DNA from: Sphagnum compactum
Lineage: Eukaryota
Length of the DNA stretch: 64,000 nucleotides
NCBI GenBank assembly: GCA_965153455.1
Contig: OZ234493.1
Coordinates: 5,208,001 to 5,272,000, forward strand
Direction: 5' to 3'
Part shown: positions 27,407 to 40,560 of the stretch, piece by piece
How the letters are laid out: the number at the start of each line of letters is the position of its first letter
Numbering within the stretch: the first letter of the stretch is position 1
The notes under the pieces: model-generated
Told to the model about the DNA's origin: nothing
The model's input: only the letters and a program-made list of their open reading frames with translations
The model's database searches: none
Made by a program: the position numbers and the translations under genes

Positions 27407-29695
27407 TGTGAGCCATGGATTATAACTCAACAAATAGTTAAGCTTTAATTCCTTAAATTTCCTTAGTACTAATGATTTGAATGCTTATAAACCTTCAAGT
27501 AGTGATTATTAATAGTTGAATTAACTTTTGTGATATTTCTAGGCATAGAGTACTCTTTATTTCAGTTGATGTAACGCTTAATTAATTTAGGACCTAGTAA
27601 ACCTTTAAAAGTGCATTGTCCTTTTTTATGTTGTGGAGAAGGGAAAAGGGATGTAAAATTAGATGGGATTTATTGATATATTGGGAATACAAGCCCATAA
27701 TTAACAATAACATTTCACCATGACAATGTTAAATTAGTATGTAGAATGACCTTCAAGCACTAATGATGTACTTGTAAGATTTTAGGATGCAGTCCTATTA
27801 CATATTTATTTACTTCTCACTCTATCAGATTCTTAAATACAATCAAAATCAAGCTTAAATATTAACATTTCCGCCTGAATAGCCTCAGGTGAATTATAAC
27901 TGAATAACTGACTTAAAGGCTAGATCACAGTTGTAAAAAATCTAGGATGTGACGAATGGTGCGAGCGAGGTACTCAGCTCGATGCTCCAGGGGAAGTGGG
28001 TTGATCAGGCCTCGTAGCCAACGATAATGGCCATCACCGGGAACCCACGTTCGACAATGGAGACGGACATCATCATCTTCACACTAGCACTCTTCAAACC
28101 TTTTTGGCGCGGCTTCACAAGCAGGAACAAACTCTAAATAAATTGCTAAAGCATGTGGGTTAGGAGACAATCGACGATCCCATACAGAACGATCGACTCA
28201 AGTGCGCACCACTCTCCTGGGCGGTTCTTCTTCGCGCGGCCGTTGAGAAACATTCAAGTCGAGCGGTGCTTCTTTAAGCTCTTTTTGTTGTACGGGTGCG
28301 ACTGGAGGATTTGAAGGCGTAACGTCATCGTCCGCCATGACTAGTTGCACCTGCATCAACAAAAACCAAAAAGGTAGTACAAACAAGGTGGTACTTGCGT
28401 TCAAAAGGGGTCGAAGCCTTTATATTTAACAAATTAGGGTAGGCGTAAGGTGTGGGAGTGACGGCGGAACCTCATGAAAACTCGAACACCCTAGATCTAA
28501 GGGATTCATCAAACCCTAAATTCAACGGTGGATCTAGAAATATGTGAGAGTTTTTTTTGTGATGCAAATTGTAATTCCAATTTACTATGTACTACATAGT
28601 TAATTAGTGCATAGTAAAGTAAATAGGTAGGGGATATCAAAGGAGTAAATGTTACACGGAAATGTTACTTCAACCATTGAATTAGTCAAGTAAGAACTCA
28701 AGGACTCTTCCTTGTTACTTCCGATAAATTATGCTAGTAGTTAGTTACTTGAAGTAATTAGGATGAAGAAGTACGATGTGACGGTCAACGGACGGAAAAG
28801 ATAAGGATCAAGCTCAAGAGACCTCATCAAGATATCCAAGATAAGGGGGAGGTTGGATCCTCCAATCCCATTAGTCATGGGGATTGTCATCCTCTTTGAT
28901 TGGAGGATGAAATATCTCTTGTGTTTCATTGGGCCCAAGGATTCTCATCTTAATTTCAATTGGATGGCAATTCATTCTCAAATTCTCATTGGCCCTTGAA
29001 GGACGAGGAGGCCATTGATTGGTGCAAAGGGATTTCGAAGCTTTCATTGGACAAGGGGAACAAGCTTAAGGAAGGTCAAGGAGGCTCACCAAGGGAGAGG
29101 TTTTGTGGGTGTATGTGAAAAAAAAAGGAAAAAAAAAAGGAAGGAGAATGAGTGTGAGGAAGGATTTAGTTCTTATGTGTGGAGAGGTGCTCATGGGAAG
29201 TGTGTGTGTAAGGATTAAGCATGAAAGGAACTTGTGTAGCAAGTGCTTGTGGCAAAGCCTCTAGACTTTTGGTTTAATTAGTTGTTTCTCTCAAATTCAC
29301 CGTTGGATTTGTGTCAAATTTGAATCAGTTTTAGCTTAAAAGGTGTAAAAAGCCCTCCCAAAAATTCAGCTTGATCGGGCTTTCTGTAAGGGAGTTACGT
29401 TAGTTGGAAGTAGAGGGGGTTGAATTATCTGTTTTTTCTTCAAACTAGGCAAGTGGCTCCTAGCTCCGAGGCTAAACTCTTGATCAAAAACATAAAATAA
29501 AAACTTATGAGATTTGTTTAAACATGGCTCCTTTTATATTAGCTTCCAATTCCAATGCATGTTAGATTAGGATGTTGTATGTAGTTGTTATGACGAACGG
29601 AATGGAAGGTTTCAAACCATCGAACATGACATTGAAATGAACATCAACATACGGCTCCTCAATATTCCATCATGGTGAGTTACAATTCCCTCACG
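27407..29695. mobile_element. Probable 2.3-kb solo LTR or non-autonomous LTR insertion truncating the gag remnant
   Basis: Termini TGTGAG...CTCACG (inverted, last base A>G), flanked by the 5-bp direct repeat ATGTT at 27402-27406 and 29696-29700. Confidence 0.55.
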
Positions 29696-30071
29696 ATGTT
29701 TTGTAGCTTCAATTTGGACACAACGCATTAGATTTTTGGTGGATTTCATTATTTACCTCGAACCACCTTACTTGTTAGATTACACTACATAGTAGTTCCA
29801 CTTCCAACCGGGTTTTTACTGTGAGTGCATATCTTAGTGGTGAAGGCGTGCAATAATTCCTCAAAATGTTTATATGCAATTATGAAATATACAACAACAA
29901 ACTACCAAACATGTTAAGGTTTATTATGAACACTTATTGAAATTAGCTAATTATTTATAGGTTGAAACAATAGATGTTTTTCTCGCCACTATTTTTAGAA
30001 TAGGTTTACTACCTTATCTAATATTAACAACAATAAGAATGAAGAGAGAAACTTTAATTGAACACAAAAAA

Positions 30072-30174
30072 TGTTAGAAATACTATTCGTTTCTAATTCC
30101 CAATGTTGATGAATGTGGTAAACATTCATCAAAAGGATGAATAGTATTCACATCCTTATAATAGTTAGGTTAGG
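30072..30174 (+). mobile_element. Truncated LTR fragment of the Copia family at 52084-57644
   Basis: TGTTAGAAATACTATTCGTTTCTAATTCCCAATGTTGATGAATG... is the near-identical reverse complement of ~52470-52571. Confidence 0.85.
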
Positions 30175-31344
30175 TTGAATAGTGAAAAAAACAAAACAAA
30201 GAAAACAACGACAAGCACCAACTCGTCATCATCTTCTCTCAGTGCACAAAAACAAAACAAACAAAACAACGACAAGCGCTGAGGCTCATCATCGTTTTCT
30301 GCAATTAATGAAAAAAAAGGAGACCTAGGAGAAAAATGTACTTGCATTCTAGCAAAGATGATCGGTCTTGTCCTCTAGCAACAATCGCTCCACCAAACAC
30401 GATCACTCCACCAAGCTCTGTCTAAGCATTGATGAACTTTGTGAGCAGTCAAAGCAAAGATCTCATAAACCTAAACCCAAATTGAAAATGTAGAGAAACC
30501 ACAAGTGCAAAACAATTTGTAGAATACAAACTTTGTTTTGGTGTCTTCTTGAAAATATTGCACCTCGTGTTGCTCACACCTTGAAGTTGTGGCAATTCCT
30601 AGTTCTTCTCTAAACATCAGCGATGACAACGGATGATTACACAGTTGTAGCATTGACAATGACAACAAAAAGAAAGAGAGCTTTGAAAATAAAATCCGTA
30701 ACATAAGTAGAGGAGCAGGGTAGGTGGGAATATTTTTTTTGAGCAGGGTAGTTGAGTGAGCAGGTGAGGTCCTCAGGTGAAAAAAAAAATCTCTTGAAGG
30801 GGCCCAAAAAAAAAAGTGTGACTCAACCTTCGTGACTGCACCGGGTTTAGTAATTGGATGAGCATTAGTTCATCCGAAACGGAACTGGTGCAGTCATGGG
30901 GGCTGGGTCACTCAGGCCCTTTACTGGCACACAAAACTAAAAATTGTAAGTGCAATTTTTTATCACAGATTTTTTTTTAACATAGGTTTTTATTACATGT
31001 TTTAATATAGCTAAATGCATAGTCACATTCCAACTCTGCTTGACTTATAAGTCAAACATTGACTAACAACGTAGAGATCTGAGAATTGGAAATCAACTTG
31101 TGAAAGTGACACCTATCATCTCATTTTAAAGTTACTTACAAATCATCCATTTGTTGTTTTTATTCAAGTGTTCCTGACACAGATTAATAATAGATTTCCA
31201 AAACAATTGGATTGATCCAATGGAAAACCTTTATTCATTCAATAAATTACATCACCAAATTTCAATTGATTTCCATTGGCTTGTTGTCATCACAATACAT
31301 CATGTGCAATTGTGACAACAACAAGCTAGGTAATGAAAAATGGG

Positions 31345-32640
31345 TCATATGATCATAGGATTGGCACCTAATGGTATGACCTTGTAAGCATCCATTGTGA
31401 GGCAGATATGTGGAACACAAAACATTAAGCATTTGAAGACTGTCCCAAGTCCAAGAAGCGCAACCACCAATTCATTGTTCCCAAACCTCAGAACAACATT
31501 ACCCAGGCTGTGCACTGTCATTCCTCAACCTACAAAGCTGACATAATTTGATCACCCTGGAGAGCCACCTAACATAGTGGCAAAGTGCCTCTCAGCATTT
31601 GTTTAATGTGATGAATTTTCGCCATTTTGAAAAAATTACTAATGACCCAGCAACCTCATCAAAGTTTTTATTATGGAAAAAGGACCTAAATTTGAGAGAT
31701 TTTGAAAACAAAAATTAAGAATAGTCAGATTTTTACATTATGCTTTGGTAGGTAGCCACAAAATAGAAGGCACCTATGAGCCTAGGAGGAACATTATGCC
31801 TTGTAATGTAAGTGCAAATATGAAAGAAAATAAGTTTAGGTTTTAATTTGTCTTACAAAGATCTGAAGCTCCTTCCAACCCCTTTTAGCAATTCACATAC
31901 AAACAATCAAAATCCAAACCCCAAAAATACAATCCAAGTGGAAGTAAAGTTCTGAAACTATTGAGAGTGATGTCTCCTCCCAATGGAAAACACAAGAAGA
32001 ATACAAGACCAAAAATAAAAATAAAAATCCAAATGACCAAAAAGTTAAAAAATCAATGAAATGATTTCCTTCCTTGATTAAAGAACATTAGACGACAGAA
32101 ATCCAAGTTCAAAACACAATATTATAAACATATAAACTCAAGAAATAATCAAAGTGATGTCTCTTAAATGATAATGACAGAGCAAAAATCAAAACCCAAG
32201 AAACCCAGTGGCCAAAAATTGCAAAAACCAATACAAGTCATTTCTTCCCCAATAGAAAGAAAAAGAAATGTGAATCCAAACCCCAAAAGAGAAGCAAATA
32301 GCCAAACCACCAAAAATAATATCTAACCAAGTCAATGGAAAAAAGAATGAAAATAGAAACCAACCCGCTTCCCTTCCCAAAAACAAAAACCAAGTGACCC
32401 AAAAGCTAAAAGTTCGATCAAAGTGATTGATGTCTTTCCAATTACATATAGTAAAGGAACAATGGTACCGACAATGAAGCCGCCCCTGAAGCCGGACGGA
32501 CAGTCTACTTCGTGACCATGTGTGGACCACGACACTCGGCTGCCTCTGACCTGGAACTCGAGTGCGTGTGAATATCGCGGCCGTGGAATTTCGGCTGTGG
32601 ACGGATTGGATCGAGTTTTGGCAGGCAAATGGGAAGCCTT
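31345..32640 (-). ncRNA. Candidate two-exon Pol II transcript (lncRNA or small-ORF gene) divergent from Lunapark
   Basis: GC-rich block 32469-32640 with TATA-like CTATAT upstream; donor TCG|GTACC at 32469/32468; U-rich ~940-bp intron-like stretch; acceptor TTTGTAG| at 31530/31529. Confidence 0.35.
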
Positions 32641-32925
32641 TGGATGGATATAGACTATAGACAGCCCTACTTTTTTTTTGTTGGAAATTTTAATGAAGGG
32701 AGTGGGGGGGAAAAAAAAACTATGGACCTGTGGGTACTTATTAGGAGTTTTTTTAATTAAAAAAATTGGGGGTGGGGAAGGGGGTGTATAACTTGGGGTT
32801 ATTGATTTTATTTCTCATAGTTGCAATAACCCGTGGTACCTATTCATTGAATTGAGGGGTGGGCCGGGGTCCTTTTGGGTGATTTTTTGGGGGTGTTTTT
32901 TTTTGTCCGGAGTCAGGCACCGCAC

Positions 32926-33169
32926 AAGGCACTTAGGTGTAAGATCCCTCCCACTCTTAAGGCCTAGGCATAAGAATCCCTCCTCTTTTCCAAGTGGGAG
33001 AATATTCAGGGGGGGATCGACGGGTTAAAGACCCGGACTTGGAAATGCGAAGGACCGGGCGAGGGGGTCTCGACGGGTTAAAGACCCGGAGTGGGAAATG
33101 CGAAGGACCAGGCGAGGGGGGTTCGACGGGGTTGAACCAAACATTGTTGAAATAACACACCTGTGCCTT
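32926..33169. mobile_element. Small TIR element with an internal 53-bp tandem repeat
   Basis: AAGGCAC(TT)AGGTGT ... ACACCTGTGCCTT termini; 53-bp units start at 33017, 33070 and (partial) 33123. Confidence 0.6.
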
Positions 33170-34301
33170 AGGCATGGGGCACACACTATTAGATTAAACA
33201 TGGTCACAGTACCTGTTGTTGCTCCTATTAATTAGCTAGTTGAGGGGTGCAACCAAAGTTTTTGTTTTTATTGCAAGGAGTCACTTTGATTAGCCTTTCA
33301 CAATTTTCTTTTGGAAACAATTCGAAGTATAGAGGTGCTTCCCTTTGGAACAGCTTTCTAAACTATGAAAGTTGAAGGTTGGGCAAAAACTATCGGATAA
33401 AAGTGTGGTTCTATTGGGAAGATCTTGGGGATCACATGGAGTACCTGCTGGGAACATCCTAGTGTTCCATTGGGAAACTATGAGAACAGACTAGGAACAC
33501 AGTGGGAACACCAATATCCGAAATAATTACAACCCACGACCCCTCCCTTGCAAAAGACGCTCGGAGTGCTGACATGCCCAAAATGAAGGCCCAAGCACGG
33601 GCTCTGATCGCGCGTCGCATGGGTCACTTTGGAAATGCCCCCTCTTGGGGCCTTCACTTACACATGTAAGGTAAAATATCCCTGGGTGCCCCTACCAGGA
33701 CCTCCAGGGGGGCCCTAGTCACGGACCTAGGGGTAAATCATTGACAAGCGTGTGCTGCTATGGAACCTATCGAGCGTTTCTGCGGTAATAGGGTTCAGGG
33801 TTTCTCGTCTGCAGCTGCTGCGCTCTCGCTCTCTCTCTCTCTCTACCTCTCTCTCTCGGGGTGCCCCTACGAGCTTAGATCCAATTCCGATCCAATTCCT
33901 AGTGTTTTGTTTTGGTCAAACATAGTGCCTGTTGTAGTAGTGACAAAATTCTGGGATCACTCTACTGCTGCATTCCTTCCTTTCTTGTCTACTGTCTGTG
34001 AAAAAATGCACTAGATCTGGCGTTTGTCAATTCGATCTCTCTCTACACATGTTTGTTCACTGTGTTGAGGGTTGCTTTGTCGTCCTTTTTTAATGTGAGT
34101 ATGATTTCTGGTCGTTGCGCCATTTGCTGACTAATTTGTTAGGTCAGTGGTTTTCTGTTTATGGTTTGGCGAAGTGAAAATGGGGTTGGCGTGTTGAGAA
34201 ACGGAGGAGGAGGAGGAGGAGGAAGAAGAAGAAGAGGAGGCACACAGAGGAGCGCCGCAGCCAAAAGGGAAGTCGAAGAAGGTGGGAGGTTTTAGAGCGC
34301 A

Positions 34302-34469
34302 ATGGGACTGATAGTTAGCATCTTCTCCAGAAGTCGGAATAACGACTTTGAGAAGAAACTGGAACATTTGTCGAAAGAGGAAGTAATGGTGCACACTCGA
34401 CTAAAGCGGCGCACTCAGAACTGGAGGAAGCTTGCGAGAGCTTTGATCGTCTACTCTGTCATCGGCGAG
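34302..34469 (+). CDS. LNP: Lunapark (ER junction protein), exon 1
   Basis: gcaATGG start, in-frame TAG 9 nt upstream; MGLIVSIFSRSRNNDFEKKLEHLSKEE...WRKLARALIVYSVIGE; donor GAG|GTTGGT. Confidence 0.88.
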
Positions 34470-34602
34470 GTTGGTTCACTTTCCTGTTTCTGCAGGTATC
34501 TCGAAAGTTTCCCTATCGTGAATCTCTCTTCAAATAAAAATGGTGTTGGAAATCGATCGCAAAACACAAGGAGTCTGATGAAATTAGGTTTCGGGGTGGC
34601 AG

Positions 34603-34747
34603 GCGTTGCTTCTGGGGCTAGCGATCCTCTCTACACGATCGGTGCAGTTGCCATGGCAGGTGCGCGCTATACGGGTGCTTCCTGTTTTTGCATTGCCGGC
34701 GGTTGTCACGCTGCTGTATTCCGGGTGTGCAAGTTACAATCGAATGA
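34603..34747 (+). CDS. LNP: Lunapark exon 2 (transmembrane segments)
   Basis: Acceptor GGCAG|; ALLLGLAILSTRSVQLPWQVRAIRVLPVFALPAVVTLLYS...RM; donor A|GTGAGC. Confidence 0.88.
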
Positions 34748-34900
34748 GTGAGCCTTGTTTCTTCAGGACCTTTTTTTGTCTGGAGGTCGTACATTTCTTT
34801 CAGTGCACCCAATTTTTCTTGTGAACCTCAGCCTTCCTCCTTCTGCTATTTCTCCTTTGCTAAACTAAGGTGGATATCTGAAAGGCTGGTTTATTGGCAG

Positions 34901-35010
34901 GGGATCGCAAGGATCATCAACGTCTGGAAAGATTGAAAGCTGAACGGCAAGAGAAAATCAATGAATTGAAAGAGAAGACTAACTATTACATCACACAGCA
35001 GCTCATTCAG
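34901..35010 (+). CDS. LNP: Lunapark exon 3 (coiled coil)
   Basis: DRKDHQRLERLKAERQEKINELKEKTNYYITQQLIQ; canonical AG/GT borders with consistent phase. Confidence 0.92.
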
Positions 35011-35249
35011 GTGAGAACACAGGGCCATGGTTTATTTTCTGCTGTGCTAATGGTTAAGATTTCTCTGCAATGGCCCTTTCATGCAACTGGTTTGAATTCA
35101 GTTGAATTTTGTTTCTTTCTCTGTCAGACATAAGTGCTCATACTTTGTCTGTTTGCTTTAGCTGTTCTTACCCCCGGCATGATGTGAGAAACTCAGGTAA
35201 ATTTGTAAAGAGAATAGGGAGACTCTGATATTCTGAGTTTGGTGGGCAG

Positions 35250-35706
35250 CGTTATGATCCTGATCCAGAGGCAAAAGCTGCAGCAGCAAGTATCCTAGCA
35301 TCTAAGTTGGGAGCAGAGTCCGGTCTTAAATTGGCACTGGCTGCAGGCCTTACCAATAAAGAGGAGCTGACTGGAACTAGCAGTGGAAGTGATGTGATCC
35401 CAGGCTCTGGTAAAAGCTGGGTCGCTGATAAGGGAAAGTCAATGGGGATGAGAAACCGCAAGCCACAAGGGCATCAAGGTAGTGCTGGGAAATTGACATC
35501 ACCTGATATACAGAGAGTGGAGGGGCCACCACAAAACAGACAAGGTACCCAGGAGATTTGGGAGGATGAGCAAGGTATGGAGTTGGCACCGCGTCAGAGC
35601 AAGCCAGGTAATGGAGGCTGGATTGCACAGCTTGCAGCTATGCTTGTTGGTGAAGACCCCTCCCAGTGCTATGCTCTTATCTGCCAGAGGTGTCACATGC
35701 ATAATG
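35250..35706 (+). CDS. LNP: Lunapark exon 4
   Basis: RYDPDPEAKAAAASILASKLGAESG...GGWIAQLAAMLVGEDPSQCYALICQRCHMHN; donor G|GTAAG. Confidence 0.92.
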
Positions 35707-36254
35707 GTAAGAAAGCAGGAGTTTTAAGGCACTGTGCCAACATGTTTTCAATATCTCCTCATGTAATGTGTGTTGCGGCTCTCACTTTTTGAAATTGCTT
35801 AATTTATGTTAGCACCTGGCACTGTGTGGCTTTGCAGAAGCCACACAGTTGCCTGATGATATGCCTGCTTAATCTTGACAAGTACCACTTGATCCAATTG
35901 TATATGGTTATAAGTTTGTGATTGGGGTCATTTCCATCTCAATTTTTTTGAGTTCTCAGTTGTCTCTGAAGAGTGTCATTGGTACCATTTCATTCAGCTT
36001 GGACAACATGAGGGACATATCATGTAAGATTGTACCAGAATCGGTCTAGTATCATACTCAGATTGTCCCACAGCCTTTCTGTGTCTTCTGTACTCAATAG
36101 TTCATTCCCCCAAGAGCATGGACACCAACGTTTATATATTTGCATAGCAGTTGAAAGGCTGCTCATGTTGGTGGAAGTGTAGTAAACAATGACAATGGCT
36201 CCAAATGCTGACTTTTAACATGGTGGGCTGCTATCTTGTGTGATTTATGAGCAG

Positions 36255-36574
36255 GGCTGGCAAGGAAAGAAGATTTTCAATACATAACCTACTACTGTCC
36301 ACACTGCAGTACTCTCAATGGCTCTCAGCAGGTAGGAGATAATGGGGTTGAAACCAACAGAGGCCTTGATGGGTTGTCAACTAGACCACTACAGTCAACA
36401 GGAATGTCTCCAGTGGGAGCCAACCCTAGTACCCATAAGGGGGAAGATCCAACAACACATAGTCCAGCTGATAGCATTTATGCCTCTGGTGTAGAATTGG
36501 GCAGTGCTGAAGATACCATAGTTGAAGATGACACTTCACAACCTACCTCCAAAGAAGCTGAAGGAAATAGTTAG
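36255..36574 (+). CDS. LNP: Lunapark exon 5 (second half of the zinc ribbon, C-terminus)
   Basis: GLARKEDFQYITYYCPHCSTLNG completes the CxxC...CxxC Lunapark zinc ribbon; stop TAG 36572-36574. Confidence 0.92.
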
Positions 36575-39500
36575 TGACGTTGAGGGAGGGAGGGAACAGT
36601 AGATAGAGAAAAACCCTCAAGCTCAATTGACCAATACCAATGTGTCTGATATGGGTAGAGCATGTTTTTTTTTTTTTTTTTGGGTACAAATGAAGAGCAT
36701 GTTTGAATTGGCTTCACATATTTGAAGTACACAGGATTTTTTTCTTTTCCTCTTGCTTTTTCAGCTCAGAAGAGCCCTCTGTAACCAGAGTAAATTCAAT
36801 CAGAATCTTACTGCCAACAGCAAAGAGTACATTCCATCTTGGTATGTTGTGCACATACAAAGTTGTGTCTTCTTAATAAGCATGCAAAGTTGTGTCTTCG
36901 TAATAAGCATTGATGAAGGAAAAAGATGCAGTGCCCCAGAAGATGGCAGAGAGGAAGAAGATAACAGAAAAGAAGCATAATTCTGTGACTCAGATTTTGG
37001 GGTGAACTTACATCACAGAAGATTCAATTCCCAAATTTTCCTTGCTCAAGAATATGGCAGGGTTTGTCAAGATCTTGATGAGAACTTCCCCTTTTTGCAT
37101 TGGATTTCAGTCATAGATTCAAGCTTGTGTTGCATCATCATTGTGTGTGTAATGGAGGTGGATGGACCGCAGTAGCTGATCATAGGAGTGAAGGAGTGAA
37201 AGTGGGACCCAATCCTGATCTCATTCAATGGACACAGTGAGCTGGTGATTAGGTGCAATAATCTTTCAACAGTATTTAGGAGTATTTTAGTTTTCAATAT
37301 TGAATCTTTAAATTTGATTAACTAATTATTTGATAGACATGTGCTGTTGTTGCCCTTGTACTACAATATACTTCATCATTGGACACTAGTGTACAAGCCA
37401 TTTCCTTTGTTTGGGTGTAGATGATCTCCATGTAGGAGCTTCATCTTTATAACAGCTCCATCATTGACATTGACCTACATAATATATTTCAGGTCGAGTA
37501 TAGCATTTACATGTTAGTTTGGGGTTGCAGATGTCATTTAGGCCAACAAATTTACACAAAATCCTATGCTTGTTAAAGGCCATGTAGTTACAATGATTGG
37601 TCTAATGTGATTGAATTTAAATAGTCTCTCATCTTCTATTATCTCATTTTCCATGATTATGAGATTGGGAAAGAATTGTACACCATGTTGGACATGGTAA
37701 ACATTGGTAGAGGCCTAAATAGACGGTATGGGTGAAGATCTTGTAAGTACACGGTGATGGTGACCATTGATGGACATGATTTACAAATTTGCGAATGTAG
37801 TGTGATGAGAGGGTTTAACATGTGACATTTTGTGGGGCATGGAGGTTTTGGGTTGTTGAACATGGTGGGATTTTGTTGATTGGAGTAAAGAGGGGAACTA
37901 GATGCTTACTATATACATGCTTGCAAGTGTGTATGTTGACTTCAAGTTGATGATAGTAATGAGAAGTGATTGTAAGATAAATAACAAGGAAAGGGGGAAA
38001 AAAGGGAAGAATTACTATATAAGAGAAGGGAAGCTTGTTTGGTGCTTTTGTTGTTGTGAGAAAGGAGGGGCAATTACATCAAGATCTCAAATATGGATGG
38101 AATGACATGATGTCATTAGAAAATGCAAGACATCAAAAACCCTCTTACAAATTTTGTGAGTGTCAATGTATTGACCTATCCAACATTCATATGTAATGTT
38201 GCAAGGTTTGACTAATGTCAACGCAAAGTTTATTTACAATAAATTTGGGCACTTTTGCTTGTAAGTGATTGAAACTAGATTCCTAATAATATGTGACCCT
38301 TCTCCTAAAAGGTTGCAAGTTCAAAGGTAGGAAGGAATGGTAGTGCATGCATCAGTATACACCCTTATAAACTTTGTGAACGTTAATGGATAGTTCTAAG
38401 GAATGCTTAATTCATGGACTTTGTGGTCAACACTTGTGTTGACTTGAAGTTGGAGATAATAACTTTGCATGTGTTGATGGTTTTAAGCACTGTTTGGTTC
38501 ATGGACTCCATGGTCAACACGTGCTAACTTGAATTGACGTTCATAAAAATGTTCAATGGTGCACGTAATCAATCCTTATTGACTTTGAACATCTAACCTC
38601 TCCAAAGATGGGCCACATTATTATCATAGCCTAGTTTCATTGACAAGCAGTAGTGTCCAAATTTATTTTAAATAAACTTTGCACCAACATCAGTTGACGT
38701 CAATCAAACCGAATGAATGCCACGCATGTCACATAACATAACATTCACAAAGTTTGTAGGGAGTTTTTAACATCCTATACCCAAAGTTTCGTAAAAAAAT
38801 GGATGGAATAAACTAAGGGATTATTTAAATCTCACCACCTAGGCCAATCATAATTTTTTAAAAAACATTTAGTCTTGTTGAGTGTCTAACAAGGCTTTTC
38901 ATATTCTAATTTGCATCAATTTCATGTTGTAGCGCAACAATAATAACTCTTTTGTTGTCATCTAAATGCTTTGATCCATGGTGGGAAATGGTTGGTGTTT
39001 AAAACAATAATGTGGTCTCATAAATTGACATCGGTATTATAACATGCAACATCTTTATGAATTCACATTTCTTCTTGAATGATTTTTGCAAGGGAGACGG
39101 ATGCCAATAGAATGTTTTTGGTGGCAATACACAAGTGTGTGTAGTTTGTTCTAGTTTTCAAAGTGTGTTTTTATGGCTTGAATGATTCTTTATAAACATT
39201 TGTTTTGTGAAAATGCACTTCTTTCTTTCTCTTTCTCTCTTGGATTTTGTTCTATATCAACATCATAAATTCTGTTGTTTAGAGAATGATGTCAAGATTT
39301 GCTTTGAAGAAGTAGGGTTCTAATTTTGGAATGCCACAAATAAATTTGGTCTCATAATGTGTACTTGAAACACATTCATATATGTTTCCGTTTTGCTATT
39401 GTGATTCATCTTTTTTTAGGTTTTCAATTAGTTTAACTTATGTTTCTTTTGCAGGGCCTCTTTTTTGAAGATGATGAAAACATTGCGCAAGATCATGACA

Positions 39501-39849
39501 ACAAAGGACAAAGGTGATGCAAATGCAATAAAAGGCAAGAAGACTAACCAACAAACCCTACATAGTTGGTTGTTTTGCTTTTCCCTCCTTGTATCTTGTC
39601 CCTTTTCATATCTTATGGAATAAGAATGCACCAATATTGAACAAGCCACACTATTTAAAAAACCATCAACTAACCATTTCAACAACAATTTTTTAGTAAG
39701 CAAATATGGAGTCGTTCTGTAGGTTTTAGAAAATGAAGAAAACTTCAAATGTATTAATCACCAAATTTTTTTCATGTGCAGAGATTTTTTTCAAATTTTT
39801 AAAAGGCATTGGCATTGTACAATTTTCAAAACCTTTATAGATTAGGAAC

Positions 39850-40560
39850 TTGAAGAATTTCCAATTTAATCAAAGGTTCTTCCATATCAATATTGAGTGT
39901 GGAAAGAGATTAAAAAAGGTTTGAGTTAGGTTTTAGCAAGACATGTAACTTATGTTTATAGATGACATATGTTTGTTCACTTGGAAGATCATTTATGTTG
40001 GCTATATGATGTCATTTTATTTTGATTTATGAAACTAATTAAGGATGGTGCAAGATAATGAACCACGAAGATTTCAAACATGTTTGGATTTTTTAAAATA
40101 GTTGTTGAAGGCACATATGGTGGAACACAATGCATAACCTTACACCTAAAAAACATTGTTATCTGTCAAACTTTTTTTTTTAAATTCTCAATGGGTAAAA
40201 AGGTAAAAGGAACCAACACGGCCTCCTAAGTTGTTGCGACTAATTTTAAAAGGATGATGTGGCAACATGGGATCACTTGAGGTTGAAAAATACTAAAACA
40301 ATGTTGATCAACGATGCTTGTTTATATACATTGTTTCACAATCTTTGAAAACATTGGGTTTTGACTTTCAAAATGTGTTGAAAGATACTTTATATTTGTT
40401 GGATTACTTTCAAACTTACCTAGATGTTAGATTGGTATATTAAAAAGTGTGTATCACAAATTCAACACACATTTTCAACATTAATTTGATGTACTAGACT
40501 TGCAAGCATGTCAAATAAGCATTGATTACAGTAATGTTGGCTCTTTTTATCACGATTTGA
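39850..40560 (+). pseudogene. Highly decayed hAT transposase C-terminal remnant
   Basis: Weak resemblance around 40455-40530 (SQI..FS...L..C) to the hAT dimerisation motif SQIETERIFS; many stops. Confidence 0.3.

Noticed and set aside
32469-32640. Known structural RNA (SRP, U snRNA, RNase MRP, tRNA, TAS3)
   Set aside because: No diagnostic conserved motifs or miR390 sites recognised by eye.
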